A stretch of 64,000 nt of DNA. It comes from an uncultured delta proteobacterium. Its GTDB lineage: Bacteria > Myxococcota > Myxococcia > Myxococcales > Myxococcaceae. How positions within the stretch are numbered: position 1 is the stretch's first letter; each line of letters starts with the position of its first letter. Below are positions 48,348 to 57,527 of the stretch, one piece after another. Position numbers and translations under genes: made by a program. The notes below the pieces were generated by a model, which was not told where the DNA came from, did not search any database, and saw only the letters and a list, made by a program, of their open reading frames with translations. The DNA lies in assembly GCA_963776345.1 (NCBI GenBank), contig CAVZMH010000016.1, forward strand, positions 800,001 to 864,000, read 5' to 3'.

Positions 48348-50039
48348 TCAGGGCGCGAACTGCAACGAGACCTCGTTGCCGTCCTGCCGGGCTTGATACT
48401 CCACTTTGTCCCGCAAGGTGACCGCCACCCGCACGCTCTTGCCACCGGCTGGCCGGGGGGCGATCTGCACCACCGGGCCCCCGAAGAACCGCGTGTCGAG
48501 CGGCCGGCGGTCGTTGCTCCGCTGGAGGGTGGTGTTCTCCAGCTCCAGCACCACCGTGCGGTCGTCGGCCTGCGAGACGGTGTAGCGCACCGGCTCGTTG
48601 GTCCGGACGAAGACCCGCGACTTGTCCGGGGAGAAGCCCACCAAGGTCACCGTCTTCCGGCGGCCGCTGACCTCGACGCCGCCACCGGAGGGCGGCGCCG
48701 CGGGCTCCGGAGCACGCGCCTCGGTGACCTGCCGCGCCGCGGGAGGCGAAGGCTCGGCCGCCGCCACCACCTGCGCACGGCTGGCCTCCGCCTGCGCCCG
48801 GCGCTGCGCCTCGGCCCGCGCCGTCTCCTCCTGCGCCTTCCGCTGCGCCTCGGCCCGCGCCGTCTCCTCCTGCGCCTTCCGCTGCGCCTCCGCCCGCGCC
48901 GTCTCCTCCTGCGCCTTCCGCTGCGCCTCCGCCCGCGCCGCGTCCTCCTGCGCCCGGCGCTGCGCCTCGGCCCGCGCCGCGTCCTCCTGCGCCCGGCGCT
49001 GCGCCTCGGCCCGCGCGGCGTCCTCCTGCGCCTTCTTCCTCTCGGCGGCCGTGCTCGCCGCGGCGACCCGGGCGGCGTCCTCCTGTGCCTGCCGCTGCGC
49101 CTCCGCACGCGCCGCCGCCGCACGGGCGGCCTCCTCCTGCGCCTTTCGTTCAGCCTCGGCCCGGGCCGCGGCGGCCCGGGCCGCGTCCTCCTGGGCCTTT
49201 CGCTGCGTCGCCGCCGCCAGCGCCGCTGCCTCCTGCGCCTTCCGGTCCGCCGCGGCGCGCGCCTCGACCTCCGCCCGGGCCTTGTCCTGGGCGATGCGCT
49301 CCTGCTCGGCGCGGGCCCGCGCCTGCTGCTCCGCCTCTTCCTTCGCCTTCCGCTGGGCCTCGGCCTCGGCGATGGCCTGGCGCTGGCGGGCCAGCTCGGC
49401 CTGACGCTGCTGCTCGGCCAGCGCCGTCGCCTTGGCCTCGTCCTGTGCCTTCCGGTCCGCCTCCGCCTTGGCCGCGTTGGCCCTGGCCAGCGCGTCGCGC
49501 GCGGCCTGTTGGTCGGGCTTGGCCTGGGATGCGGTGGCCGCCGCCGCCAGCGAGCGCCCCTGCTCCATCGCGCTCCGGTCCGCGGCGCTGGCGCTCGGCG
49601 TCGCTGCGGGCGCTGCGGGCGCGGCCCGCGAGGCCACGGCTGGCGCCGATCCCGCGCCCACCTTCACCACCAGGGTGTTGCCGCTGGCCTGCACGTCCGG
49701 CTCGACGTCGCGGTCGAAGCCGATGACCACGCGGGCGATGGCGCTCGCGTCGTCGCCGTAGCTCGCGGTCTTGATCGCAGTGATGCGGCCGCTGCCGGAG
49801 ACCGGGATGTCCTCCGGGACGCCGGAGAAGACCGCCTCGCTGATGTCGATGACGAACCGGGGCGGGTCGCTCATCGGAAAGGTGGTGAAGCTCGGCTTCT
49901 GCGTGCCGACGATCTCCACCGTGCCGGCCTTCACCGAGACCTTCTTGATGGTGTTGAGGCGGGCCTTGTCGTCGGCCGCGCCCGCCGTGGCCGCGACGAG
50001 GACGACCAGGGCCAGCACTCGCAGCGCGCGGTTCCTCAC
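48348..50039 (-). CDS. AMIN-domain protein with a TolA-like Ala/Glu/Arg-rich helical linker
   Basis: Signal peptide; AMIN-like PSFTTF...DPPRFVIDI..RVVI; ~270-aa repetitive helix; second AMIN-like VVLELEN..LDTRFF..VRV.V.L. Confidence 0.85.
   Translation of the reverse strand: MRNRALRVLALVVLVAATAGAADDKARLNTIKKVSVKAGTVEIVGTQKPSFTTFPMSDPPRFVIDISEAVFSGVPEDIPVSGSGRITAIKTASYGDDASAIARVVIGFDRDVEPDVQASGNTLVVKVGAGSAPAVASRAAPAAPAATPSASAADRSAMEQGRSLAAAATASQAKPDQQAARDALARANAAKAEADRKAQDEAKATALAEQQRQAELARQRQAIAEAEAQRKAKEEAEQQARARAEQERIAQDKARAEVEARAAADRKAQEAAALAAATQRKAQEDAARAAAARAEAERKAQEEAARAAAARAEAQRQAQEDAARVAAASTAAERKKAQEDAARAEAQRRAQEDAARAEAQRRAQEDAARAEAQRKAQEETARAEAQRKAQEETARAEAQRKAQEETARAEAQRRAQAEASRAQVVAAAEPSPPAARQVTEARAPEPAAPPSGGGVEVSGRRKTVTLVGFSPDKSRVFVRTNEPVRYTVSQADDRTVVLELENTTLQRSNDRRPLDTRFFGGPVVQIAPRPAGGKSVRVAVTLRDKVEYQARQDGNEVSLQFAP
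48792..49025. repeat. 39-bp coding tandem repeat x6 (E[ED][TA]ARAEAQR[KR]AQ)
   Basis: Six near-identical units starting at 48792, 48831, 48870, 48909, 48948 and 48987. Confidence 0.9.
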
Positions 50040-50110
50040 AGGGGGTCGATGCTACAAGGGGCCATTGGCCTGGTCCAAGAAACCCCAGGGAGAACGCACA
50101 CCTGCGCCTA

Positions 50111-51376
50111 CTACTGGAGCCGGGGCAGCGAGGGCCCGCGCGTCCGATGCGTCCGCGCGTACTCCACGAGGTTCTTGATGTCGTAGCAGATCTGCCGGAT
50201 GTCGTGCCCCATCGTCAGCTCGATGTGGCTGTTGCCCTTCACCGGCCGCCACAGGAGGTACTCGCTCCGCGCGGCGCGGTACACGCTCCTCGTGGACTCG
50301 ACCGAGGCGAGCGGATCGAGGTCCCCGAAGATGATGGCCATCGGGACCGAGATGTTGGTGAACCCCTGTCTGTAATCGTACCCGGTCCGATAACAGACGA
50401 GCTCGCCCCGGCGGATCCACCGCGCGAACTGCTCCAGCACCTTGCGCGGCTCGCGCTCGCCACCTTCCCGGAGCAGCCAGCGGATGTCCGCCCCGCTCAC
50501 CCGGCTGGGGTTGGAGAGCCAGTTCACCCGCCGCGCCAGCGCGTCGTAGAGCGGATGCACCTCGGCCCGGGCGATGAGCTTCTCCAGCGCCTTGAGCCAC
50601 CGGTCCACCGGGACGTAGTTGAAGGTCAGCGGAGCGTCGGGCCAGGCGTGCTCGGTTTCGTCGCCCGCCGGGAGCCGCGCGAGCTCGGCCGCCCGCATGG
50701 CGAAGAGCCGGCTCAGCGCGGCGAGGCGGCGCTGGACGTTGAACGCGGCCACCCCCGCGTCGATGAGCGCGCCGGCGAGGGGGCTGGTGAGCGCGAAGAG
50801 CCGGAGCAGAAGGAACCCCCGCCCGAGGTCAGCCGGAGCCCCGATGGTGACCAGCCCCTCCAGGTCGTCGTGCAGCCCGGCGTACCCGTAGCCGAGCATC
50901 CCGCCCATGGAGTGTCCGCAGTAGAAGAGTCGCTGCCGCCCCGTCCTCTCCTTCACCGCCGCCACCGCCGCCGGCAGGTCGTGGAGGAGGTAGCTGTCCA
51001 GGTCCCAGCCGAAGTCGACGTCCGCCGGGACAGGACATCCGGTCCGCTCGGAGCGCTCGTGCTGCAGCCGCTGGCTGCTCTTGCCGTGACCGCGCAGCTC
51101 GACGATGTGGATGTCGAGCCCGAAGTAGAGGAGGTTCTTGACGAACTCGCCGCTGGTCCAGGTGTGGCGGTTCTGCGCGAAGCCGTGCACCAGGAGGAGC
51201 GGCTCCCCCAGGAGCGGCTGCGGGAAGGGCTGTGGCGCCGGCTCGTAGCGGGTGACCACCAGCGTCCACCCGTCGGACGTCTCCACCTCGTAGTCGGATT
51301 TCCGGTACAGGTCCCGGAAGGCGACCTCGTCGACCGTGGGCGGCACGACGGGCACGTGCGTTCGGGGGAGACGCAT
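50111..51376 (-). CDS. Alpha/beta hydrolase (lipase/PhaC-like)
   Basis: LLVHG, LRGHG, GHSMGG, GDLD, SH. Confidence 0.9.
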   Translation of the reverse strand: MRLPRTHVPVVPPTVDEVAFRDLYRKSDYEVETSDGWTLVVTRYEPAPQPFPQPLLGEPLLLVHGFAQNRHTWTSGEFVKNLLYFGLDIHIVELRGHGKSSQRLQHERSERTGCPVPADVDFGWDLDSYLLHDLPAAVAAVKERTGRQRLFYCGHSMGGMLGYGYAGLHDDLEGLVTIGAPADLGRGFLLLRLFALTSPLAGALIDAGVAAFNVQRRLAALSRLFAMRAAELARLPAGDETEHAWPDAPLTFNYVPVDRWLKALEKLIARAEVHPLYDALARRVNWLSNPSRVSGADIRWLLREGGEREPRKVLEQFARWIRRGELVCYRTGYDYRQGFTNISVPMAIIFGDLDPLASVESTRSVYRAARSEYLLWRPVKGNSHIELTMGHDIRQICYDIKNLVEYARTHRTRGPSLPRLQ

Positions 51377-51439
51377 CCTCCGTTGACTTTAGAGTCGGTG
51401 CCGCGCCGCGCCAAGCACGATGCGTGGCCCCTCCTGGCC

Positions 51440-52717
51440 TCACCGGGCGGCGGGGTGCTCCAGATGCGCCTTCACCGCCCCCACGAGATACAGCGAGCCT
51501 GCAACCAGCACCCACCCGTCCGGCCCGGCCCGCCTCCGGGCCGTCGCCAGGCCCTCCTCGGGCGAGGGGGCGACGTCCACCGCCAGGCAGAGGGTCCGGG
51601 CCAGCGCGAGGTAGCTCGACGGGTCCAGGCTGCGCGGCGTCGGCACCCAGGTGAGGACGGCCGAGGCGCACCGGGGGAGCAACGTCCGCAGCATCGGCTC
51701 CACCCGCTTGTCCGACACCACGCCGAAGACCAGGTGGACCGGCCGGCCGGCGTACGGCGGCGTGTCGAGCGCGGCCCGGAGCGCCGCCGCACCGTCCTCG
51801 TTGTGCGCGCCGTCGAGCAGGATGGGCGGGGCCCCGGCAACCTGCTCGAGCCGCCCTGGCCAGCGCGTCCGCTGCAGGCCGGTCCGGATCGCCTCCGGGC
51901 TCAGGGGGAGGCCCTGTCCCTCGAGCAGATGCGCGCAGCGGATCGCCACCGCGGCGTTGTGGTGCTGGTGCTCGCCGTGCAACCCGAGCGCCAGCCCGTC
52001 GAGCACCAGCCCGGGCCCGCGGTACCGCCCGAGGCCGTCGAGCGAGAAGTCCCGGCCCTCGACCCACAGGGGCGCGCCCACCGCCGCCGCGGCGGCCTCC
52101 ACCACGGCCAGCACCTCGGGCCGCTGCTCCCCGACGACCGCCGGCACGCCGCGGCGGAAGATGGCGGCCTTCTCCCGGGCGATGGCCTCCACCGTCTCGC
52201 CCAGGAGCTCCAGGTGGTCCAGCCCCACCCGGGTGAGCGCGGTGAGCCGCGGGCGCGAGGCGGTGGTCGCGTCGAGCCGGCCTCCGAGCCCCACCTCGAG
52301 CACCGCGACGTCCACCTCCTCCCGGGCGAAGTGCTCCAGCGCCGCCAGGGTCCCGAGCTCGAAGTACGTCGCGCCGGCCGCGGCGGGCGAGCGACGGAGC
52401 ACCTCGACGATGCGCGCGCCCAGCGTGGCGTCGTCGACGGGCACGCCCCCCACCTGGATGCGCTCGTTCACCCGGACCAGGTGCGGCGAGGTGTAGAGCC
52501 CCACCCGGTGGCCGCCGGCCCGGAGGATGGAGTCCAGGAAGGCGCAGGTGCTGCCCTTCCCGTTGGTCCCCCCCACCTGCACCGTGCGCAGCCGCAGCTC
52601 CGGGTGGCCCAGCTCCTCCAGCGCCTCGTGCATCCGCTCGAGGCCCAGCACCACCGTCGACGGGGAGCGCGAGGCGAGGAAGGCGAGCCCCTCGTCGGGC
52701 GTCCGGGGGAGGTCCAT
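51440..52717 (-). CDS. folC: Folylpolyglutamate synthase/dihydrofolate synthase
   Basis: GTNGKGS, YTSPHL..NERI, EVGLGGRLDAT, WPGRLE, LDGAHN, GSLYLVG; TGATG coupling to accD. Confidence 0.97.
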   Translation of the reverse strand: MDLPRTPDEGLAFLASRSPSTVVLGLERMHEALEELGHPELRLRTVQVGGTNGKGSTCAFLDSILRAGGHRVGLYTSPHLVRVNERIQVGGVPVDDATLGARIVEVLRRSPAAAGATYFELGTLAALEHFAREEVDVAVLEVGLGGRLDATTASRPRLTALTRVGLDHLELLGETVEAIAREKAAIFRRGVPAVVGEQRPEVLAVVEAAAAAVGAPLWVEGRDFSLDGLGRYRGPGLVLDGLALGLHGEHQHHNAAVAIRCAHLLEGQGLPLSPEAIRTGLQRTRWPGRLEQVAGAPPILLDGAHNEDGAAALRAALDTPPYAGRPVHLVFGVVSDKRVEPMLRTLLPRCASAVLTWVPTPRSLDPSSYLALARTLCLAVDVAPSPEEGLATARRRAGPDGWVLVAGSLYLVGAVKAHLEHPAAR

Positions 52718-53580
52718 CAGCCCATCAGGCCCAGGAGCGCTCCCAGCCGCGCGCGCAGGTCCTTGCGGTGGACGATGGCGTCCACCATCCCGTGCTCGAG
52801 CAGGAACTCCGAGCGCTGGAACCCCTCGGGGAGCTTCTGGCGGATGGTCTGCTCGATGACCCGCGGGCCGGCGAAGCCGATCAGCGCCTTGGGCTCGGCG
52901 AGGATGACGTCCCCCAGCCAGGCGAAGCTCGCCGCCACGCCGCCGGTGGTCGGGTGCAGCATCACCGAGATGTACGGCTTCCTGACCTCGCGGAACCGGG
53001 CGATGGCCGCGGAGGTCTTCGCCATCTGCATCAGGGAGAAGATGCCCTCCTGCATCCGGGCGCCGCCGGAGGCGCTGAACACCACCGCGGCGCAGCGGCG
53101 CTCGGTGGCGCGCTCGAAGAGCCGGGTCACCTTCTCGCCCACCACCGAGCCCATGGAGCCGCCCATGAACTCGAAGACGAACGCGCCCACCGACACCGGG
53201 TGGCCCTCGAGGCGGCCCATCCCCCCCACGAAGGCGTCGTTCTCGTCCAGCGCCCGCCGGGTGGCCCGCAACCGGTCGCGGTACCTCTTCGAGTCGGTGA
53301 AGCCCAGCGGGTCGGTGGGCTCGAGCGCGCGGTCGGTCTCCTCGAACGTGCCCTCGTCGAGCAGCGCAGCGAGCCGGGCCCGGGCCGGCCAGGGCAGATG
53401 GTGGCCGCACAGCGGGCAGACGTTGAGGTTCTTCTCGATCTCCGCCCGGTAGATGATCTCGGCGCACTGCTCGCACTTGGCCCACAGCCCCTGCATGCGC
53501 GAGGGCTGCTGCCGGAGGCTGTCCACGTCCTCGGGCTTGACCGGGGCGATCCGCGGCTTCTTGCTGAACCAGGCGGCCAT
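52717..53580 (-). CDS. accD: Acetyl-CoA carboxylase carboxyltransferase beta subunit
   Basis: W.KC..C..C..C zinc finger, FMGGSMGSVVGEK, SGGARMQEG, PTTGGV.ASFA. Confidence 0.98.
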   Translation of the reverse strand: MAAWFSKKPRIAPVKPEDVDSLRQQPSRMQGLWAKCEQCAEIIYRAEIEKNLNVCPLCGHHLPWPARARLAALLDEGTFEETDRALEPTDPLGFTDSKRYRDRLRATRRALDENDAFVGGMGRLEGHPVSVGAFVFEFMGGSMGSVVGEKVTRLFERATERRCAAVVFSASGGARMQEGIFSLMQMAKTSAAIARFREVRKPYISVMLHPTTGGVAASFAWLGDVILAEPKALIGFAGPRVIEQTIRQKLPEGFQRSEFLLEHGMVDAIVHRKDLRARLGALLGLMG

Positions 53581-53650
53581 CGGAAGGGGCAGGGCGTAAC
53601 GGACGGCCCGGCCCGGCGTCAACCAGAGCACGCCGCCGCGGGCGCCGGGG

Positions 53651-54406
53651 CTAGAATTCGAAGCGCTGGCCGAGCTCCAGGACCTTCACCGGGAACCCCG
53701 CCAGCTGCCGCTTCAGCTCGGCCAGGAACGCCGGCTTGAGGTGGTACAGCAGCACGTCGGCGCCGTTCCGCTGGAACTTCCCCAGCTCGCCCCGGAGCGT
53801 CCGCGGGGTGAGGTGCCCGGAGAGGTCGGCCAGATCCTGGAGCTCGTCGGGGAAGCTGGTCTCGAGCAAGAGCGCCTTGAGATTGGGCGTCCCGTTCAGC
53901 ACCTCCCAGAGTTCCCGGGTGGGCCCGGTGTCGCCGCTGATGGCCAGGGCGGTGCCGTCGCGCTCCACCACGAAGCCGCACGACTCGACGGGGTGGCTCA
54001 CCAGGACCGAGCGCACGGTGTGCGGGCCGGCCTGGAACGTCTCGCCCGGGGTGAAGCTCCGCAGCCGGAACACCGGCTCCTCGGCCGAGGGAATTCGGGT
54101 GAAGTCCGGCCACAGCGAGCCGTTGAACATGTTCTCCTGGAGCGTCCGGATGCAGGTGTGGCTCGCCCAGATGGTCACCGGGCTCTTCCGCCAGCCGACC
54201 ACCAGGTCGGAGAGGAGCGGGAGGTCCTTCACGTGGTCGAAGTGGCTGTGGGTGAGGACGATGTGGTCCACGCTGGCCAGTGCCGGCAGCTCGAGCGTGG
54301 CGGTCAGCGCCCCGGCGTCCAGGGCCAGGGATCCGTCCACGAGGAAGCAGGTGCTCCGGCAGCCGGGGAGCTCGCCTCCATGGCAGCCGAGGACCTCGAG
54401 CCTCAT
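53651..54406 (-). CDS. Class II (MBL-fold) 3',5'-cyclic nucleotide phosphodiesterase
   Basis: VLGCHGG, LDAG, THSHFDH, FN..LWPDF..IP, SGDT, E.SFP, GHLTP, YHLKP. Confidence 0.9.
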   Translation of the reverse strand: MRLEVLGCHGGELPGCRSTCFLVDGSLALDAGALTATLELPALASVDHIVLTHSHFDHVKDLPLLSDLVVGWRKSPVTIWASHTCIRTLQENMFNGSLWPDFTRIPSAEEPVFRLRSFTPGETFQAGPHTVRSVLVSHPVESCGFVVERDGTALAISGDTGPTRELWEVLNGTPNLKALLLETSFPDELQDLADLSGHLTPRTLRGELGKFQRNGADVLLYHLKPAFLAELKRQLAGFPVKVLELGQRFEF

Positions 54407-55056
54407 GACTCTCCGAACTTCCAGCGGAGCGCGAGGAGCTGGAGGTAGTCCTGGAGCCGGGCGGGGTCGCGGACCAGGAGCCGGTCGCCGGTGCGCTCCA
54501 CCAGCCCGCTCCGCTCCATGCGCGCCACCACGGCCCGGATGCCCGACTCGCCCACCCCGGTGAGCCGCGGCAGCTCGCGGAGGTTGAAGTCGATCTCCAC
54601 CCCCTCCTCCATGGGCCGGCCGTGGCTCTGGCAGGTGTGGAGGATCTGCTGCACGACGCGGCTTGCCGGGTCGGCGAGGAGGAGGTTCTCGATCTGGGCG
54701 TCGGCCTCGTCGAGCCGCTCGGCGAGCTTCTTGATCATCCGCACCGCGATCTCGGAGTTGCCGCGGACCATCCCCTCGAAGGTCTTGGGGTCGATGACCA
54801 GCAGGCGCGCCGGCTCGTCCACCACCGCGGTGGCGTTGCGCGGCTTGTTGGAGATCAGCGCCATCTCGCCGAAGAACTCGCCGGCCCCCAGCGTGGCCAG
54901 GGTCTTCACCGTGTCACGGACGGTCTTGGTGATGACCACCCGGCCCGACTGGAGGACGAACATCTCCTTGCCGGTCTCGCCCTCGCGGAAGAGCACGGTT
55001 CCCTTGGGAAACTCCTTCCCGAACCGCTGGAAGAGCGTGTCCTCGGCAGTGGGCAT
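54403..55056 (-). CDS. Crp/Fnr family cNMP-binding regulator
   Basis: LFREGE.G..MF..QSG.V, FFGEMAL...PRNATA phosphate-binding cassette; C-terminal HTH-like segment; ATGA overlap with the PDE gene. Confidence 0.9.
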   Translation of the reverse strand: MPTAEDTLFQRFGKEFPKGTVLFREGETGKEMFVLQSGRVVITKTVRDTVKTLATLGAGEFFGEMALISNKPRNATAVVDEPARLLVIDPKTFEGMVRGNSEIAVRMIKKLAERLDEADAQIENLLLADPASRVVQQILHTCQSHGRPMEEGVEIDFNLRELPRLTGVGESGIRAVVARMERSGLVERTGDRLLVRDPARLQDYLQLLALRWKFGES

Positions 55057-55146
55057 GTCGGCGAGATGCGTCGAGGGCGAAGTCAATCAACTGCCATCGG
55101 GAGGCGCAACTTCCTGGGGGGTGCACCTGGTCTGGATGAGGCCGCC

Positions 55147-57435
55147 CTACACCGCCGAGCTCCGGGCCTCGGACAGGTACCTCCGGGCGACGCGGTCGTC
55201 CGGACGGGCACCGAGCACCGCCTGGAACCCGGCCTCGGCCTCCGACACCCGCCGGGCGGCGAGGGCGTCCACCGCCGCCTCGAACTGCGCGATCATCGCC
55301 TGCTCCTCGGCCGTGGGGAGCCGGAGCGCCATCAGCTCCCACACCCGCACCGGCTCCGACCGTCCGCGCAGGCGGAGCGACCCCAGCCGGCGGCCAGTGG
55401 CCTGGGAGGCGATGCGCTTCCAGGTGTCTTCCGACACCATGACGTTGGTGTGGAAGAGCTTGTTCGCCCCCTCGAGCCGCGAGGCCATGTTCACCGCGTC
55501 GCCCATCACCGTGTAGTCGAAGCGCACGTCCGACCCCATGTTCCCGACCACCATCGGACCGGAGTTGATGCCCACGCCGATGTCGATGTCCGGCAGGCCC
55601 TCGGCGCGCCAGCGGGGGCGCAGCTGCTCCAGCTCCTCGAGGAAGCGCAGCGCGGTACGGCAGGCCCGGAGGGCGTGGTCCTCCTGGGGCACCGGCGCGC
55701 CCCAGAAGGCCATCAGCGCGTCGCCGATGTACTTGTCCAGGGTGCCGCCCTCGTCGAAGACGATGCGGCTCATCGGCGAGAGGTAGCCGTTGATGAACTT
55801 CACCAGCGCCTCGGGGGCCATGGCCTCCGACATGGCGGTGAAGCCGCGGATGTCGCTGAAGAGCACCGTGCAGTCGCGCTTCTCGCCGCCCAGCCGGAGC
55901 AGCTCGGGGTGCTCGAGCATCTCGGTCATCACGCTCTCCGCCACGTAGTAGCGGAAGGTGCGCCGGAGCCGGGCCTTCTCCCGGTCGGTGGACAGGTAGC
56001 CGACGAACACCACCGCGAAGGCCACCAGGAAGACGTTGGCCAGCGGCAGCGCCGAGGCCAGCACCACGCCGCGGCGAAGCGCGAGCTGCACCAGGAGCAG
56101 CCACCCCACGGCCAGGGCGAGCGGCACCGCCACCTTGAGCCACGGCGAGGCGCGCGGGAGCACCAGGCCGAGCAGCAGGCCCACTCCGAGGAGGAAGACC
56201 AGCTCGGCCAGCACCGCGCCCGTCCCGCGCTGGAGGAAACGGCCGGAGAGGATGCTGGAGAGCATCGCCGCGTGGGCGTAGATGCCGGCCTCGAGGTTGC
56301 GGAACGGGGTCACCACCTGGTCGTACTGGCCGACCAGCGTCACCCCGACCAGCACCACCTTCCCCCGCAGCGCGTCCTCCGGGAGCTTCCGGTCCACGAC
56401 GTCGGCGAGCGAGACGGTGTGGAACACCTCCGCCGGCCCCGGGTAGTCGATGCGGGTCCTGGGGCGCTTGAGCGACAGCGGCACCGTGCGGATCGCCTGG
56501 CCGTCACGCCGGAGCCGCGCCGCCACCAGCTGGCCGAGCTCGGGGTCCCAGACCGGCTCGACCGCCGCGCCGAGCGCGATGGCCGCGGTCTGCAGCTCGA
56601 GCGAGGGGAGCAGCCCCGGCGGGTGCTCGAGCTGCACGAACGGCGGGGTGAGCCGCACCACCCCGTCGTCGTCCCGCAGCACGTTGAAGTGGCCCAGCGC
56701 CTGGCCGGGCGGGAGGAGGCGGGGGAGCGGCACCTGCGCCGAGACGAAGCGCTCGGCGATGCTCCGGTCGAGCGGGACCTCGAAGAAGGACTTCCCGGAC
56801 GGGCCCGGGAAACGGGTCAGCATCCGGGTGCCGAGCAGCGACTCGGCGACCTCGCGCTGCGCGAGGTAGTCCTGCGCCTCGCCGCTCCCGTACGCCGACA
56901 CGCCCTGCACCAGCTCCGGGGCGTCGGCCAGCGCCCGGGCCAGCGCCGCGTCACCGCTGCCGGCCGCCCGGGCCTGGAGCGTGGCGAGCACGGGGGTGAA
57001 GGGCAGCCGGGACGACTCGGGCAGCCCGGCGAGGGCGCGGCCGAGCGCCTCGGCGGCCTCGCTCATGACCGCGGCATCCGAGCCCCGGTCCTCGTCGGTG
57101 AAGGTGATGTCGAGCCCGATGGCCGCCGGTCCGGCCTCGTGGAGCCGGCTCACCGCCCGGCCCAGCAGCTCCCGGCTCCAGGGCCAGCGGCCGTAGCGCT
57201 GCACCGAGCGCTCGTCGATGGCCGCCACCACCACGTCCGGGTGCGGACGGCGAACGCCGCGGGCCCACATCTGGAGGTCGGAGGCGCGGCCCTCCAGCGC
57301 CGAGACGACGCGCAGCATGGCGGCCACCGGGCCGGCGCGGGCGCCCGCCTGCCGGCCATCGGTGGCCCAGTGGAGCAGGGCCAGGGCCGTGGCGACGGCG
57401 AGCCCCACCAGCTCGTAACGGCGACGGCTCAGCAC
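55147..57435 (-). CDS. CHASE2-domain adenylate cyclase (class III, canonical active site)
   Basis: IDERS..YGRWPWSR, D.DGVVR, three TMs, FSDIRGFT, DKYIGDALMAFWGAP, DYTVMGDAVNMASRLE. Confidence 0.95.
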   Translation of the reverse strand: MLSRRRYELVGLAVATALALLHWATDGRQAGARAGPVAAMLRVVSALEGRASDLQMWARGVRRPHPDVVVAAIDERSVQRYGRWPWSRELLGRAVSRLHEAGPAAIGLDITFTDEDRGSDAAVMSEAAEALGRALAGLPESSRLPFTPVLATLQARAAGSGDAALARALADAPELVQGVSAYGSGEAQDYLAQREVAESLLGTRMLTRFPGPSGKSFFEVPLDRSIAERFVSAQVPLPRLLPPGQALGHFNVLRDDDGVVRLTPPFVQLEHPPGLLPSLELQTAAIALGAAVEPVWDPELGQLVAARLRRDGQAIRTVPLSLKRPRTRIDYPGPAEVFHTVSLADVVDRKLPEDALRGKVVLVGVTLVGQYDQVVTPFRNLEAGIYAHAAMLSSILSGRFLQRGTGAVLAELVFLLGVGLLLGLVLPRASPWLKVAVPLALAVGWLLLVQLALRRGVVLASALPLANVFLVAFAVVFVGYLSTDREKARLRRTFRYYVAESVMTEMLEHPELLRLGGEKRDCTVLFSDIRGFTAMSEAMAPEALVKFINGYLSPMSRIVFDEGGTLDKYIGDALMAFWGAPVPQEDHALRACRTALRFLEELEQLRPRWRAEGLPDIDIGVGINSGPMVVGNMGSDVRFDYTVMGDAVNMASRLEGANKLFHTNVMVSEDTWKRIASQATGRRLGSLRLRGRSEPVRVWELMALRLPTAEEQAMIAQFEAAVDALAARRVSEAEAGFQAVLGARPDDRVARRYLSEARSSAV

Positions 57436-57527
57436 GAGCCGCCAAGCCTACGACCGGGCGGGGGGCGAGGGGCAAGTGCAGGGCGCTCGTCGGCGTGGTT
57501 CAGATCGCGTAGAAGAGCCGCCGGCCC

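Noticed and set aside
48792..49025. Possible CRISPR array
   Set aside because: Contiguous 39-bp in-frame units with no unique spacers and no cas genes; it is a coding repeat.
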